Shown: one piece after another, positions 9,895 to 20,500 of the stretch | Position numbering within the stretch: the first letter of the stretch is position 1 | How the letters are laid out: each line of letters opens with the position of its first letter | The notes under the pieces: generated by a model | Databases searched by the model: none | Seen by the model: only the letters and a program-made list of their open reading frames with translations | Told to the model about the DNA's origin: nothing | Origin: a virus | Virus record (IMG/VR): IMGVR_UViG_3300044991_001301 | Strand: one strand, 5' to 3' | DNA length: 64,000 nucleotides | Position numbers and translations under genes: made by a program

Positions 9895-10317
9895 ATGGAA
9901 ACTACACAACTACCTCAACCAAAGAAAATTACAAAAAAGCGCCAAGCAAAATTACTTGCCCACGCTAATAGAGATGCACTCCACACTGTAAAACGAAGTG
10001 GCAAGTGGCCGGGAGTTAAGAAGAAACATTTAAAACTCAACTCAACTTGTGCTGCGTGTGGTACTAAAAATGATTTAGAAGTTCATCATAAAAAACCCTA
10101 TCACTTGCATCCAGAGTTAGAACTTGATCTTACCAACTTGATCACATTGTGTATGGAAAACTTATGTCACATAGATATCGGTCACGGTGATAGCTTTAAG
10201 GCATACAACCCCAATGTAGCAGAAGATGCCAACACAGTGCTTGCTAATAAAGATCAGCTTAAACGTATCTTAGCCGAAGTATCAGTAAAAGCAAAACAGC
10301 AACGATTGTTTGAATAA
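9895..10317 (+). CDS. Small HNH endonuclease
   Basis: CAACG...LEVHHKKP...NLITLC...CH. Start moved to METTQ, downstream of the terminator and TAAATA. Confidence 0.8.
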   Translation: METTQLPQPKKITKKRQAKLLAHANRDALHTVKRSGKWPGVKKKHLKLNSTCAACGTKNDLEVHHKKPYHLHPELELDLTNLITLCMENLCHIDIGHGDSFKAYNPNVAEDANTVLANKDQLKRILAEVSVKAKQQRLFE

Positions 10318-10320
10318 CAG

Positions 10321-10686
10321 TTAAATTAAAATATCAGCATCCACTGTAATGTCCATTATAGAAGAGGAACTTTCTTTTAACTTTTTCTGATAGATTCTAT
10401 TACAGTTAGCGCATAGTGTTTTTATGTTAACAGTGAGTTTGTTCTTGGTATTGCCGTCAAGATAGATTCTATCAAGTTGGCATTTGTCTTGTGGAATAAA
10501 ATTACATTGCTCGCACGTATTTTTTTTATCCAACAAGTAACCAAACTTTTTATCGTAAGCCGCTTTAGCGCAAGAGGCACAATATTTGTGCCATTTTTTA
10601 AATCCATTCTTACTTGTACCGTTTGGTTTGACAGGGGATACCTTACAGTTGCCGCATAATGATCTTGATGGTTGACGGGTCAGCAT
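10321..10686 (-). CDS. Cys-rich, HNH-like zinc-binding protein
   Basis: CGNC, CASC, CEQC, LD...DGN..N...NIKTLCANC. Start MLTRQ directly follows a minus-strand TAAATA motif. Confidence 0.7.
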   Translation of the reverse strand: MLTRQPSRSLCGNCKVSPVKPNGTSKNGFKKWHKYCASCAKAAYDKKFGYLLDKKNTCEQCNFIPQDKCQLDRIYLDGNTKNKLTVNIKTLCANCNRIYQKKLKESSSSIMDITVDADILI

Positions 10687-10792
10687 ATATGTATTTAGAA
10701 AAAAGATACTAGCTGTGCTTTTTTCACACCGCACCAATTTTACTTTTTTGATAAATAATTCATACAACAATTTATTATACGGGACATTGTTA

Positions 10793-11725
10793 ATGGCATC
10801 TGAACTTTTTAATGCGGTAAGTGGATTTTCGGTGGGCATTCCGCCTATTGCCGTTATTGACGAAACTGGAAATATTGTAACAAACGTATTAACACCTACC
10901 GGTAACGTTGCAGCAAATGTAATTTATGCTGGAAGTTATCGGTATGCCAACGGTCAACCATTGGTATCACCGGCAGCTGGCGCCAATACACAGGTTCAAT
11001 ATAATCTTGATGGGGAATTGGGTGCTAGTGCAGGGTTGACGTTTGACAGTTCATCTAGCACCATAACAGTTTACAATACAAATACCCTATTCAATACAAA
11101 TACTAGTTCATTGGTAGTAACGGAAGAAGCAAATTTAGGTAATGTAAGCAATGTTACCATTGATGGCGGATCCGCTAACTATATTTTAACAACGGATGGA
11201 TTTGGGAATTTAGAATGGAGCCCGACTACAGCAGTCGCAGCAGCGGGTGCAAACACACAGGTTCAGTTTAATACAGATGGACAGTTTGATGCTGCTGCTG
11301 CACTGACATTCGATACCACTTCAAATACATTAGCAGTAACTGGTAATTTGGATGTAGTTACTTTTAAAATAAATGTTGGTGAATATGATTTCTACACTTC
11401 AATGGTGTACAGTGCTACAACTGCTAGCACTGTACCAAATCAAGTGTTGTTTTCTATCCCTGCAAGTACTGTTTCTGCACTAGAGTTTACTATAATTTCT
11501 ACAGACCTAGTTGCAAACCGTAGACAAACTACCAAGATATCTGCGGTTATTTTAGGGGATACTGTGGTATTTAATGAATATGCTGGGTTGATAATCAACG
11601 GCGGCGTAGGAAGTTGTAGTGTAATATATGATCCAGTAATACCACCTAGCGTACAATTGGTAGTAGATCCGGATTCTGATAACTTGACACGGTATAATAT
11701 GCTGATCGTCAAATTTGCTTCGTAA
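10793..11725 (+). CDS. Tail-fibre-related virion structural protein
   Basis: AGANTQVQ(Y/F)N.DG repeats and a GGSANYILTTDGFGNLEW module shared with downstream fibre genes. Confidence 0.7.
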   Translation: MASELFNAVSGFSVGIPPIAVIDETGNIVTNVLTPTGNVAANVIYAGSYRYANGQPLVSPAAGANTQVQYNLDGELGASAGLTFDSSSSTITVYNTNTLFNTNTSSLVVTEEANLGNVSNVTIDGGSANYILTTDGFGNLEWSPTTAVAAAGANTQVQFNTDGQFDAAAALTFDTTSNTLAVTGNLDVVTFKINVGEYDFYTSMVYSATTASTVPNQVLFSIPASTVSALEFTIISTDLVANRRQTTKISAVILGDTVVFNEYAGLIINGGVGSCSVIYDPVIPPSVQLVVDPDSDNLTRYNMLIVKFAS

Positions 11726-11742
11726 ATAAGAGGAACATTAAA

Positions 11743-14700
11743 ATGGCAATTAGAGCTTTAAATTCAATCGGTGGTTTCTCAATAGGTGAAACTGCCGCTA
11801 ATATAATATTAGCAAACGGCGATATTACAACCGGTAACGCAACCTTCACTGGAAACGCAGCTGCCGCTAATGTTCTAACTGACCATTTGCTGTATGCCAA
11901 CGGAACGGCTTGGTCTTTTACTGCGGTTGCAGGTGCAAACACACAGATTCAGTTTAATAACGATGGCGCGCTAGGAGCTAGCGCAAACTTTACCTTTAGT
12001 TCTTCATTAAATATCCTCACTGTACTTGGCAATATAGTATCAACTAATGCTAATCTAGGAAATTCAGCTACTGCAAACTTCTTTACTGGTGTGTTGACTA
12101 CTAATGCTCAGCCTAATATTACTAGTGTCGGTACACTGACTAGCTTAGCAGTAACGGGTAACATATCATCAGGTAATGCTAATCTTGGTAATTTAGCTAT
12201 AGCTAACTTCTTTTCAGGTACATTAACTACTAATGCACAGCCCAATATCACTAGTGTTGGTACTTTAACCGCGTTAGACGTAACGGGAAATATCTCGTCA
12301 GGTAATGCTAATCTTGGTAATTTAGCTATAGCTAACTTCTTTTCAGGTAACGGTAGTTTATTAACAGGTTTAGTTATAGCTGCCGGAACCTCAATTGTCA
12401 ATGGTAATAGTAATGTTATTGTTACAGCTAATAGTAATGTTAATATAAGCAGTAATGGTGTTGCTAATGTTGTAGTTGTAACTAGTACCGGGGCTAACAT
12501 TGACGGAACACTAGCTGCAACCGGTAATTTATCAGCCGCGAATGCTAATCTTGGTAATTTAACTACATCAAACTTTTATGCAGGTACATTAACTACCGCA
12601 GCACAGCCCAACATCACTAGTGTTGGTACACTAACAGCGTTGATCGTAACTGGCACTGCATCTGCCGGTAATATTGCTACTGCAGGCAATGTGACGGCTA
12701 GTTTCTTGGTATCAAATGTTTCGACTGGCACAGCACCTATCGCAGTAGCTAGCACAACTCGCGTTGCCAACTTAAATGTTGACTATGCTAACGTCTCGGA
12801 TTTTGGTGTTGTCTCTGCGCAGACCACTGGTACATATTTCCCTGTATTTGCTAATGGTAGCAGTACTGCTAATTATGCGTTAGCAGCAAATAGTGGGTTC
12901 TCAGCTAATTTAGCTAACGGTGGATTAACAGCAACTACGTTCATTGGTGCATTAAGTGGCGCAGCTACTACCGCAGGTACTGTTACTACTGCTGCTCAGC
13001 CTAATATTACTAGTGTTGGTACGCTATCTAGCTTGTCAGTTACTGGTACAACTACTAGTGGTAACTTCGCTACCGCAGGCAACTTAACAGCTAGCTTTGT
13101 TGTGTCAAATGTCACAACAGGCACCGCACCACTCACAGTAACTAGTACAACTCGCGTTGCTAACTTAAATGTTGACTATGCTAACGTAGCTGACTTTGGG
13201 GTTGTAACAGCACAAACTACTGGTACTTTCTTCCCTACATTCGTAAGTGGTAGTAGTACAGGTAACTATGCACAAGCAGCAAATTCAAACTTATCATTTA
13301 ATGCGGCCACTGGAGCACTATCAGCTACGTTATTTACTGGTACGTTAACTACAGCGGCTCAACCAAATGTAACAAGTGTTGGTACACTAACGGCGTTAGC
13401 TGTTACTGGTAATATCTCTGCAGGTAATGCTAATCTTGGTAACTTAACCACATCAAACTTTTATGCGGGTACATTAACTACCGCAGCACAGCCCAACATT
13501 ACTTCAGTTGGTATACTAACGGCGTTGGCTGTTACTGGGAATCTCTCTGCAGGTAATGCTAATCTTGGTAACTTAACCACATCAAACTTTTATGCGGGTA
13601 CATTAACTACGGCGGCACAACCCAACATTACTTCAGTTGGTACGTTAAATGACCTAGCAGTAACCGGAAACATTACAACTAGTGCAAATCTAATAACTGA
13701 TTTGATTGTGGGTAGAACATCCGGTATAACAATAACCGCAACCGGATCTAATCAAAACATCAACTTAACCCCTACAGGTACTGGTACAGTTAACGTTGGT
13801 AACTTTATAATCTCTAATGTTGCTACTCCTGTAGCAGACTTTGATGCGGCAACAAAGAAATATGTTGACGAGGTTGCTCAAGGGTTACATACTCACGATA
13901 GTTGTCAAGCTGCAACTCCAACCATACTATCAACTATTACCAGTGGTACAATTACTTATAACAATGGTGCAAGTGGCGTAGGAGCTAATCTTGTAACAAC
14001 AGGAAGTTTCAATTTAATTGACGGTGTTAACGTTCAATCATCTGGAACACGTATTCTTGTTAAGGATGAAGCAAATGCTGCACATAATGGTATCTATGTT
14101 TGGTCAAATGCAACGGTAATTACACGTGCTGATGACTTTAATACTCCAACTGAAATGGCAGGTGGTGACTTTACATTCGTTACTGCGGGTACAGTTTATG
14201 ACAATACTGGTTGGGTAATGCCTGATTCAGTTACTACTGTTGGAACAAGTCCTGTTGTTTGGGTGCAATTCTCTGGTGCAGGCACATATACTGCAGGTAC
14301 TGGATTAGCATTAAATGGTACTGTATTCAGTATCGCTAATACTACTGTAACAGCAGGTGCATACGGTAACGGGGATTACAACGCTACTTTTACTGTTAAC
14401 GGTCAAGGTCAACTATCTGCTGCTGCTAACGTAGCAATTACAGCTAACGCTGGAAACTTAAGTGGTACCGTATTGAAATCAACAGTTGTTACTTCTAGTT
14501 TAACAAGCGTTGGAACATTGGGCAGCTTGGCAGTCACTGGTACAACCACTAGTGGTAACTTTGCAACTGCCGGTAACTTGACAGCTAGTTTTGTTGTATC
14601 TAACGTGGCTACTGGCACAGCACCTATCGCAGTAGCTAGCACAACTCGCGTTGCCAACTTAAATGTTGACTATGCTAACGTTGCTGATTTTGGGGTTGTA

Positions 14701-15786
14701 ACTACTCAGTCGTCCGGCACATACTTTCCAGTATTTGTAAATGGTAGCAGTACAGGTAACTATGCTCACGCATCAAACAGTGGATTATCAGCTAATTTAG
14801 CTAACGGCGCATTGATAGCAACTACATTCGTAGGTGCATTGTCAGGGGCAGCTACTACTGCTGGTACTGTTACAACTAATGCGCAGCCTAATATTACTAG
14901 TGTTGGTACACTGTCTAGTTTAGCAGTAACAGGAACAACCACTAGTGGTAACTTTGCAACTGCAGGTAACATAACAGCTAGTTTCTTGGTATCAAATGTT
15001 TCGACTGGCACAGCACCTATCGCAGTAGCTAGCACAACTCGCGTTGCCAACTTAAATGTTGACTATGCTAACGTTACTGATTTTGAAGTTGTAACAGCAC
15101 AAACTACTGGTACTTTCTTCCCTACATTCATAAGTGGTAGTAGTAGTGCTAATTATGCGTTATCAGCAAACAGCGGGTTCTCAGCTAACATAGCTAATGG
15201 CGCATTAATAGCAACTACATTCGTAGGTGCTTTAAGTGGTGCGGCAACTACTGCGGGTACCGTTACTACTGCTGCTCAACCCAATATTACTAGTGTTGGC
15301 ACACTAACTACACTAGTGGTAGGTAATGCGACTGCTAATACAACTTTTGGTAATGGTACAATCACTGCATTAGGTAATCTAAGTGCTGCCAATATTAGTA
15401 CCGCCGGCAATATAAGTGCGAACAATGCAACTGTCTCTGCGTCGCTAGAAATAGGTAATACTGGAGTATCTTGGAGCACAACAACAACCACTGGTACTGG
15501 TGCAAATCAAACATTAGCAACTTTTGCGGTTTCTAGCAGTACATTTACAGGAGTCGAGTTCCTAGTGAAGAGCACTGATTCAACTGGATCAAAATATGCA
15601 ATAGCTACTGTACAAGCAGTGACTGATGGAGCTACGGTTGATTATGCTACATTTGGAACTGTAAGATTGGGTACGAGTACAGGCACAATCACTGTAAATA
15701 TCATAGCAGGACCAAATATAGCACTACAGGTTACCCCCGCTAGCAGCAATTCAACTGTATGGACTACACAATATAGATTCCTATGA
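11743..15786 (+). CDS. Long repetitive tail-fibre protein (1347 aa)
   Basis: Many TTAAQPNITSVGTL repeats, four STTRVANLNVDYANV modules, and a DAATKKYVD...RILVKDE...NGIY module. Confidence 0.75.
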   Translation: MAIRALNSIGGFSIGETAANIILANGDITTGNATFTGNAAAANVLTDHLLYANGTAWSFTAVAGANTQIQFNNDGALGASANFTFSSSLNILTVLGNIVSTNANLGNSATANFFTGVLTTNAQPNITSVGTLTSLAVTGNISSGNANLGNLAIANFFSGTLTTNAQPNITSVGTLTALDVTGNISSGNANLGNLAIANFFSGNGSLLTGLVIAAGTSIVNGNSNVIVTANSNVNISSNGVANVVVVTSTGANIDGTLAATGNLSAANANLGNLTTSNFYAGTLTTAAQPNITSVGTLTALIVTGTASAGNIATAGNVTASFLVSNVSTGTAPIAVASTTRVANLNVDYANVSDFGVVSAQTTGTYFPVFANGSSTANYALAANSGFSANLANGGLTATTFIGALSGAATTAGTVTTAAQPNITSVGTLSSLSVTGTTTSGNFATAGNLTASFVVSNVTTGTAPLTVTSTTRVANLNVDYANVADFGVVTAQTTGTFFPTFVSGSSTGNYAQAANSNLSFNAATGALSATLFTGTLTTAAQPNVTSVGTLTALAVTGNISAGNANLGNLTTSNFYAGTLTTAAQPNITSVGILTALAVTGNLSAGNANLGNLTTSNFYAGTLTTAAQPNITSVGTLNDLAVTGNITTSANLITDLIVGRTSGITITATGSNQNINLTPTGTGTVNVGNFIISNVATPVADFDAATKKYVDEVAQGLHTHDSCQAATPTILSTITSGTITYNNGASGVGANLVTTGSFNLIDGVNVQSSGTRILVKDEANAAHNGIYVWSNATVITRADDFNTPTEMAGGDFTFVTAGTVYDNTGWVMPDSVTTVGTSPVVWVQFSGAGTYTAGTGLALNGTVFSIANTTVTAGAYGNGDYNATFTVNGQGQLSAAANVAITANAGNLSGTVLKSTVVTSSLTSVGTLGSLAVTGTTTSGNFATAGNLTASFVVSNVATGTAPIAVASTTRVANLNVDYANVADFGVVTTQSSGTYFPVFVNGSSTGNYAHASNSGLSANLANGALIATTFVGALSGAATTAGTVTTNAQPNITSVGTLSSLAVTGTTTSGNFATAGNITASFLVSNVSTGTAPIAVASTTRVANLNVDYANVTDFEVVTAQTTGTFFPTFISGSSSANYALSANSGFSANIANGALIATTFVGALSGAATTAGTVTTAAQPNITSVGTLTTLVVGNATANTTFGNGTITALGNLSAANISTAGNISANNATVSASLEIGNTGVSWSTTTTTGTGANQTLATFAVSSSTFTGVEFLVKSTDSTGSKYAIATVQAVTDGATVDYATFGTVRLGTSTGTITVNIIAGPNIALQVTPASSNSTVWTTQYRFL

Positions 15787-15814
15787 TAATTGCCATAACT
15801 AAATATAAGAGAAT

Positions 15815-17260
15815 ATGGCAACCACCTTTAATTCAATAAACGGATTTTCGTTTGGAGAACTCGGAAATACTGTAATTGATAGTAACGGCAATGTTATTGC
15901 TAACGCATTGTCAGCTTCGGGCAATGCTACTTTTACTTCCGCTGCAACTAGCACCAGTACAACTACTGGTGCAGTAAAGGTCACCGGCGGCGTTGGTATA
16001 ACCGGTAATATTTATGTAGGTGGAAATCTTAATGTTGCAGCGAAAAGTAATTTAGGCGCCGTTGGAAACGTTGTTATTACCGGTGGTACATCTGCGTATG
16101 TGTTAAGCACTGACGGGTTAGGTAATTTAAGTTGGGTAGCACAAACCGGTGGAGGTGGAGCCTCGATCAGCAATGGTACTAGTAATGTTAATATTGCTAG
16201 TGCAAATGGTAACGTAACTGTAGGTGTTTCTGGAAACGCTAACATTGTACAGTTTACTGGTACAGGTGTTAATGTCGCCGGGACATTACAAGTAACTGGT
16301 GTTAGTAATCTGGGGCCTGTGGGAAATGTCGTTATTACCGGCGGTAGTAATGGTCAAATGTTAACAACAGATGGTTCAGGTAACTTAACTTGGACTTCTA
16401 GCAGTGGTAATATCACCATTGATACTTTCACTGGTAATGGTGTACAGACTATCTTTACTCTCAGCACCACACCAACCAGTAACAATTTCATACAAGTTAA
16501 CATCGATGGTGTAACTCAATTACATAACGCATTTACCGTAGCCAGTGCAAATGTAACGATGTCTGCTGCCCCATCGTCTGGCGCACAGATAGAAGTAACT
16601 ACCTTTGCATTGGGTGGTGGCGCCGGGGGTGGTGGATCCGGTACATTTATAACCAGGACTTACACGGGTAACGGTGTTCAAACTACCTTTACTGTTACGT
16701 CAGGTGTCACGGTTGACAGTGTGTTAGTGATGGAAAACGGCATTGTTCAAGTACCTACCACAGACTACACGGTATCTGGTGCTGTTTTAACCTTCACTAC
16801 TGCACCGGCTGTCGCTATGGGGATTCAAATCCGTGAACTGGCGAGTGGCGGCGGTGGCACCCCTGGTGGATCAAACACCTATATTCAGTTCAACAATGCC
16901 GGTTCATTTGGTGGCACGGCTAATTTAACTTGGGACGGCGCAAACTTTAGAGTTAACACCACTACAATTCAATTGGGCGCTAATGCTGGACTTACCAGTC
17001 AAGGTGCTAATTCGATAGCGATTGGTGCAAATGCTGGTGTTACCAGCCAAGCAGCCAACTCAATCATTATCAATGCAACCGGTGCTACTTTAAATCAAAC
17101 CACCGCCAATACATTCACAGTTGCTCCGATACGAAATGATACTAGTAATGTAGCCAATGTGCTTTATTACAATACATCGACCAAAGAAATATCATACGCT
17201 CCGCCAGGTGGAATAACAGCACAGGATTTATTAAGTCCATTCTTGTTAATGGGAGCATAA
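15815..17260 (+). CDS. Tail-fibre / virion protein
   Basis: FTGNGVQT.FT modules, LSTDG.GNLSW modules and short YadA-like IAIG repeats. Confidence 0.7.
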   Translation: MATTFNSINGFSFGELGNTVIDSNGNVIANALSASGNATFTSAATSTSTTTGAVKVTGGVGITGNIYVGGNLNVAAKSNLGAVGNVVITGGTSAYVLSTDGLGNLSWVAQTGGGGASISNGTSNVNIASANGNVTVGVSGNANIVQFTGTGVNVAGTLQVTGVSNLGPVGNVVITGGSNGQMLTTDGSGNLTWTSSSGNITIDTFTGNGVQTIFTLSTTPTSNNFIQVNIDGVTQLHNAFTVASANVTMSAAPSSGAQIEVTTFALGGGAGGGGSGTFITRTYTGNGVQTTFTVTSGVTVDSVLVMENGIVQVPTTDYTVSGAVLTFTTAPAVAMGIQIRELASGGGGTPGGSNTYIQFNNAGSFGGTANLTWDGANFRVNTTTIQLGANAGLTSQGANSIAIGANAGVTSQAANSIIINATGATLNQTTANTFTVAPIRNDTSNVANVLYYNTSTKEISYAPPGGITAQDLLSPFLLMGA

Positions 17261-17269
17261 GGAAATAAC

Positions 17270-17599
17270 ATGGCAATCACATACAAAGTTTTAGGGCAAA
17301 GTAACCCAGCTGCAAACACAAACACAGATTTGTATACAGTACCTTCTGCTACATCAGCAGTTTGTAGTACACTTGTTATTTGCAATCAGGCAGCAAGTGC
17401 CGCAACATTTAGAATTGCAGTAAGGCCAGCTGGAGCAGCAATAGCAACGCCACAGTATATATCGTATGATACCAATATAAACGCTAATGATAGTATTACA
17501 ATGACTATTGGGATTACATTAGCAACAACAGATATAATTACAGTTAGAGCTAACACAACAACAGTTAGTTTTAACTTATTTGGGTCAGAGTTGACATGA
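17270..17599 (+). CDS. Small fibre-associated protein
   Basis: 109-aa ORF with SD aagga and beta-rich composition; similar in layout to 24494-24865. Confidence 0.65.
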   Translation: MAITYKVLGQSNPAANTNTDLYTVPSATSAVCSTLVICNQAASAATFRIAVRPAGAAIATPQYISYDTNINANDSITMTIGITLATTDIITVRANTTTVSFNLFGSELT

Positions 17600-20500
17600 G
17601 TATAACGTCAGTTGTAAATGACCTTGTAACTAGCGTAAGTGTCATTAACGCATTAAAACCTTTACCTCCGACTATCTCTGGCTATAGTGTTGGTGGGGTA
17701 GATGATACAGCGTTAGATCCAGCCGGCGGACAAACTGTTCTAATTAATGGTACTGGCTTTTTAGCAGGAGCAACTATTACATTTGATGGTAGTGCTGTGG
17801 CAGTGGTAACTTATGTTAATCCAAATCAATTAACATTCACCAGCCCTGCAAAAAGTGCAGGCACATATACAATTTATGTGGTAAATGCTGACGGTGGTAC
17901 CGCAATATATATTCCCGGCATTATCTATAGCGTATTACCAACTTGGACAACAAGTGCCGGTACATTAGGCAGCTATTATGAGACAACAAGTATATCAAAT
18001 ACAGTAATCGCTTCGGGTGATGCCCCGATCACTTATGCATTATATTCTGGTAGTTTACCAACTGGATCTACCCTATATGCCAATGGTGTAATAACTGGCA
18101 CAGCCCCAGTAGATAGCAGTAGTACAACATATTCATTTACAATCCAAGCAACTGACGCACAATTACAAGATAGCACCAGAAGTTTTAGTTTAACAATTAA
18201 TGTTGATGCTGTTACCTGGGTTTCACCAGCAAATGCCGCAACATATACCACTGCGGTAGATAGTGTTATAGCTAATGTAGCATTAAGTGCAACAGATGCC
18301 GCTGGTTATGCGGTTAGTTATAGTGCTAATGCACTACCAACTGGATTGACATTAACTGGTTCAAACATATCTGGTACACCAACTGTGATAGCTGATAGTA
18401 GCACATTGTTAACTGCTACGGCTGCGACAACAACTCGTAGTGCGGTAAGAACTATCAATTGGAGTATTACAGTAGCCAATGATCCCTACTTTGAGTACAA
18501 TACATTATTGATACCGGGTGCAAGTACAACTTTTGTAGATGATGCAAGTACAAATAACTTTGCCGTAACGATTGCGGGTGATACAAAGCCAAACAGTTTT
18601 AATCCGTATAGTCCTGGTTATTATAGTAACTATTTTGATGGCACCGGGGATTATATAAGTGTTCCGGATAATGTTGCGTTTACTATGGCAGCTGGTGACT
18701 TTACAATTGAATGCTGGGTAAATTTATCAACAATATCCGGATCTCAAATAATAATTGGAACCTGTGATTCAGGTGGTTCTCAGGGTTCTATGAGTTTTGT
18801 ACTTAATGTAAACAGCGGGACACCAAGAATTGGCGTTGGCTATGGTGGTACTATGTATTTTGCTACAGCAGCATCTGCTATTACAGCAAATACATGGGTA
18901 CATATAGCAGGAGTTCGTAACGGAGCCAGTGTTTATATATATGTAAATGGAGTTCAATCTACTGCATTGAATATGGCAAGTTTAGCCATAACTGACTCAA
19001 CGCAAATAGTTGCTATTGGTAGAAATGGAGCCGGTAATTTTGAGTATGTCACTGGATATGTATCTAACGCACGCATCGTCAAAGGCACAGCAGTATACAC
19101 TGGTGCATTCACCCCGCCCACACTTGCACCACTCACCAATGCGGGTTCAACTTCTGCTGCCGCATATCCAAGTACAATAAATGTAGATATCACTTTTGCA
19201 TCTTCAGCAACAAGCTTGTTAACCAGCCAATCTAATCGTTTCATTGATAACAGTACAAACGCATTTACAGTAACAGTTGCGGGTAATACTTCAATAAAAT
19301 CATTCCAACCCTTCACGCCAAACAGTAGTTATAGTCTATATGGTAGTGGATACTTTGATGGTACTGGTGATAGCATATATTCAAGTGTTTCTGCCGCTGG
19401 CGCAGGTTCATTTACTTACGAGGCGTGGGTTTATCCTGTAGCATTTGCAAGCAATAAGACAATTTTTAGAACTGATAACGGTGGAGCCCTTGACATTTCA
19501 CTATTATGCAATTCAACAGGTCAACTTTTATCTTATGATAATTCTGGAACTTTACTTGCTTCTACTACTACAACTTTACAACTTAATACTTGGGCATATG
19601 TTGCATTAGTGCGTAACGGAACAGCAATGCAAATTTACATCAATGGTGTTGAAAGTCGAACAGGTGGATCCGGTACTTTTTCTAACAACATCACCTATAC
19701 TCAACTTGATATTGGTGGTCGTTCAACTAATGGTGATGAAAGTTGGAATGGATATATCACTGATGCTCGGTATACCAAATCAGCAGTCTATACTACAACA
19801 TTTACACCACCCTCTGCACCCTTAACAGCAATAGCAAATACAAGTTTATTAACCTTACAAAACAATCAATCAGTAAACAATAGTGTATTCTTAGATAACA
19901 GTACAAATAACTTTTTAGTAACACGCAACGGTAATACTACTCAAGGTACATTTTCACCTTATGGTGGTAACTGGAGTAATTACTTTGATGGTAGTGGTGA
20001 TTATTTAAGTGTTCCGGGCAATTCCGTATTTGCATTTGGCACCGAGGATTTCACTTTAGAAGTTTGGTTATATGCAAACAGTATTAGTACAGGTACATTT
20101 GATAGGATATGTGCAACATCAGATTACAATGGATCAGGTTTTGACTGGTCATTAAACACTAGTACCTCTTTTTTATACGTAGGTGGTACAGCCTATTCAA
20201 TAGGATCTATTACTACTAACACATGGCATCATCTTGTTTATACAAGAAGTGGTTCTGTCATTCGTGGCTTTAAAAATGGTAATCTTTCTAGTTACACAAC
20301 CGGAGCATCACAAAATGTTGTATCTGTTACTCAATTATACATTGGTACCGGTTATAGTGGAACTGCACTTAATGGGTATCTATCAAATCTTCGTATAATA
20401 AAGGGATCAATTCCAGTTGCCTATCAAACAAGCAGTACGACTACTGGTACTCAAATATTTACCTCACCTACATCTCCTGTAACAGATATATCTGGTACAA

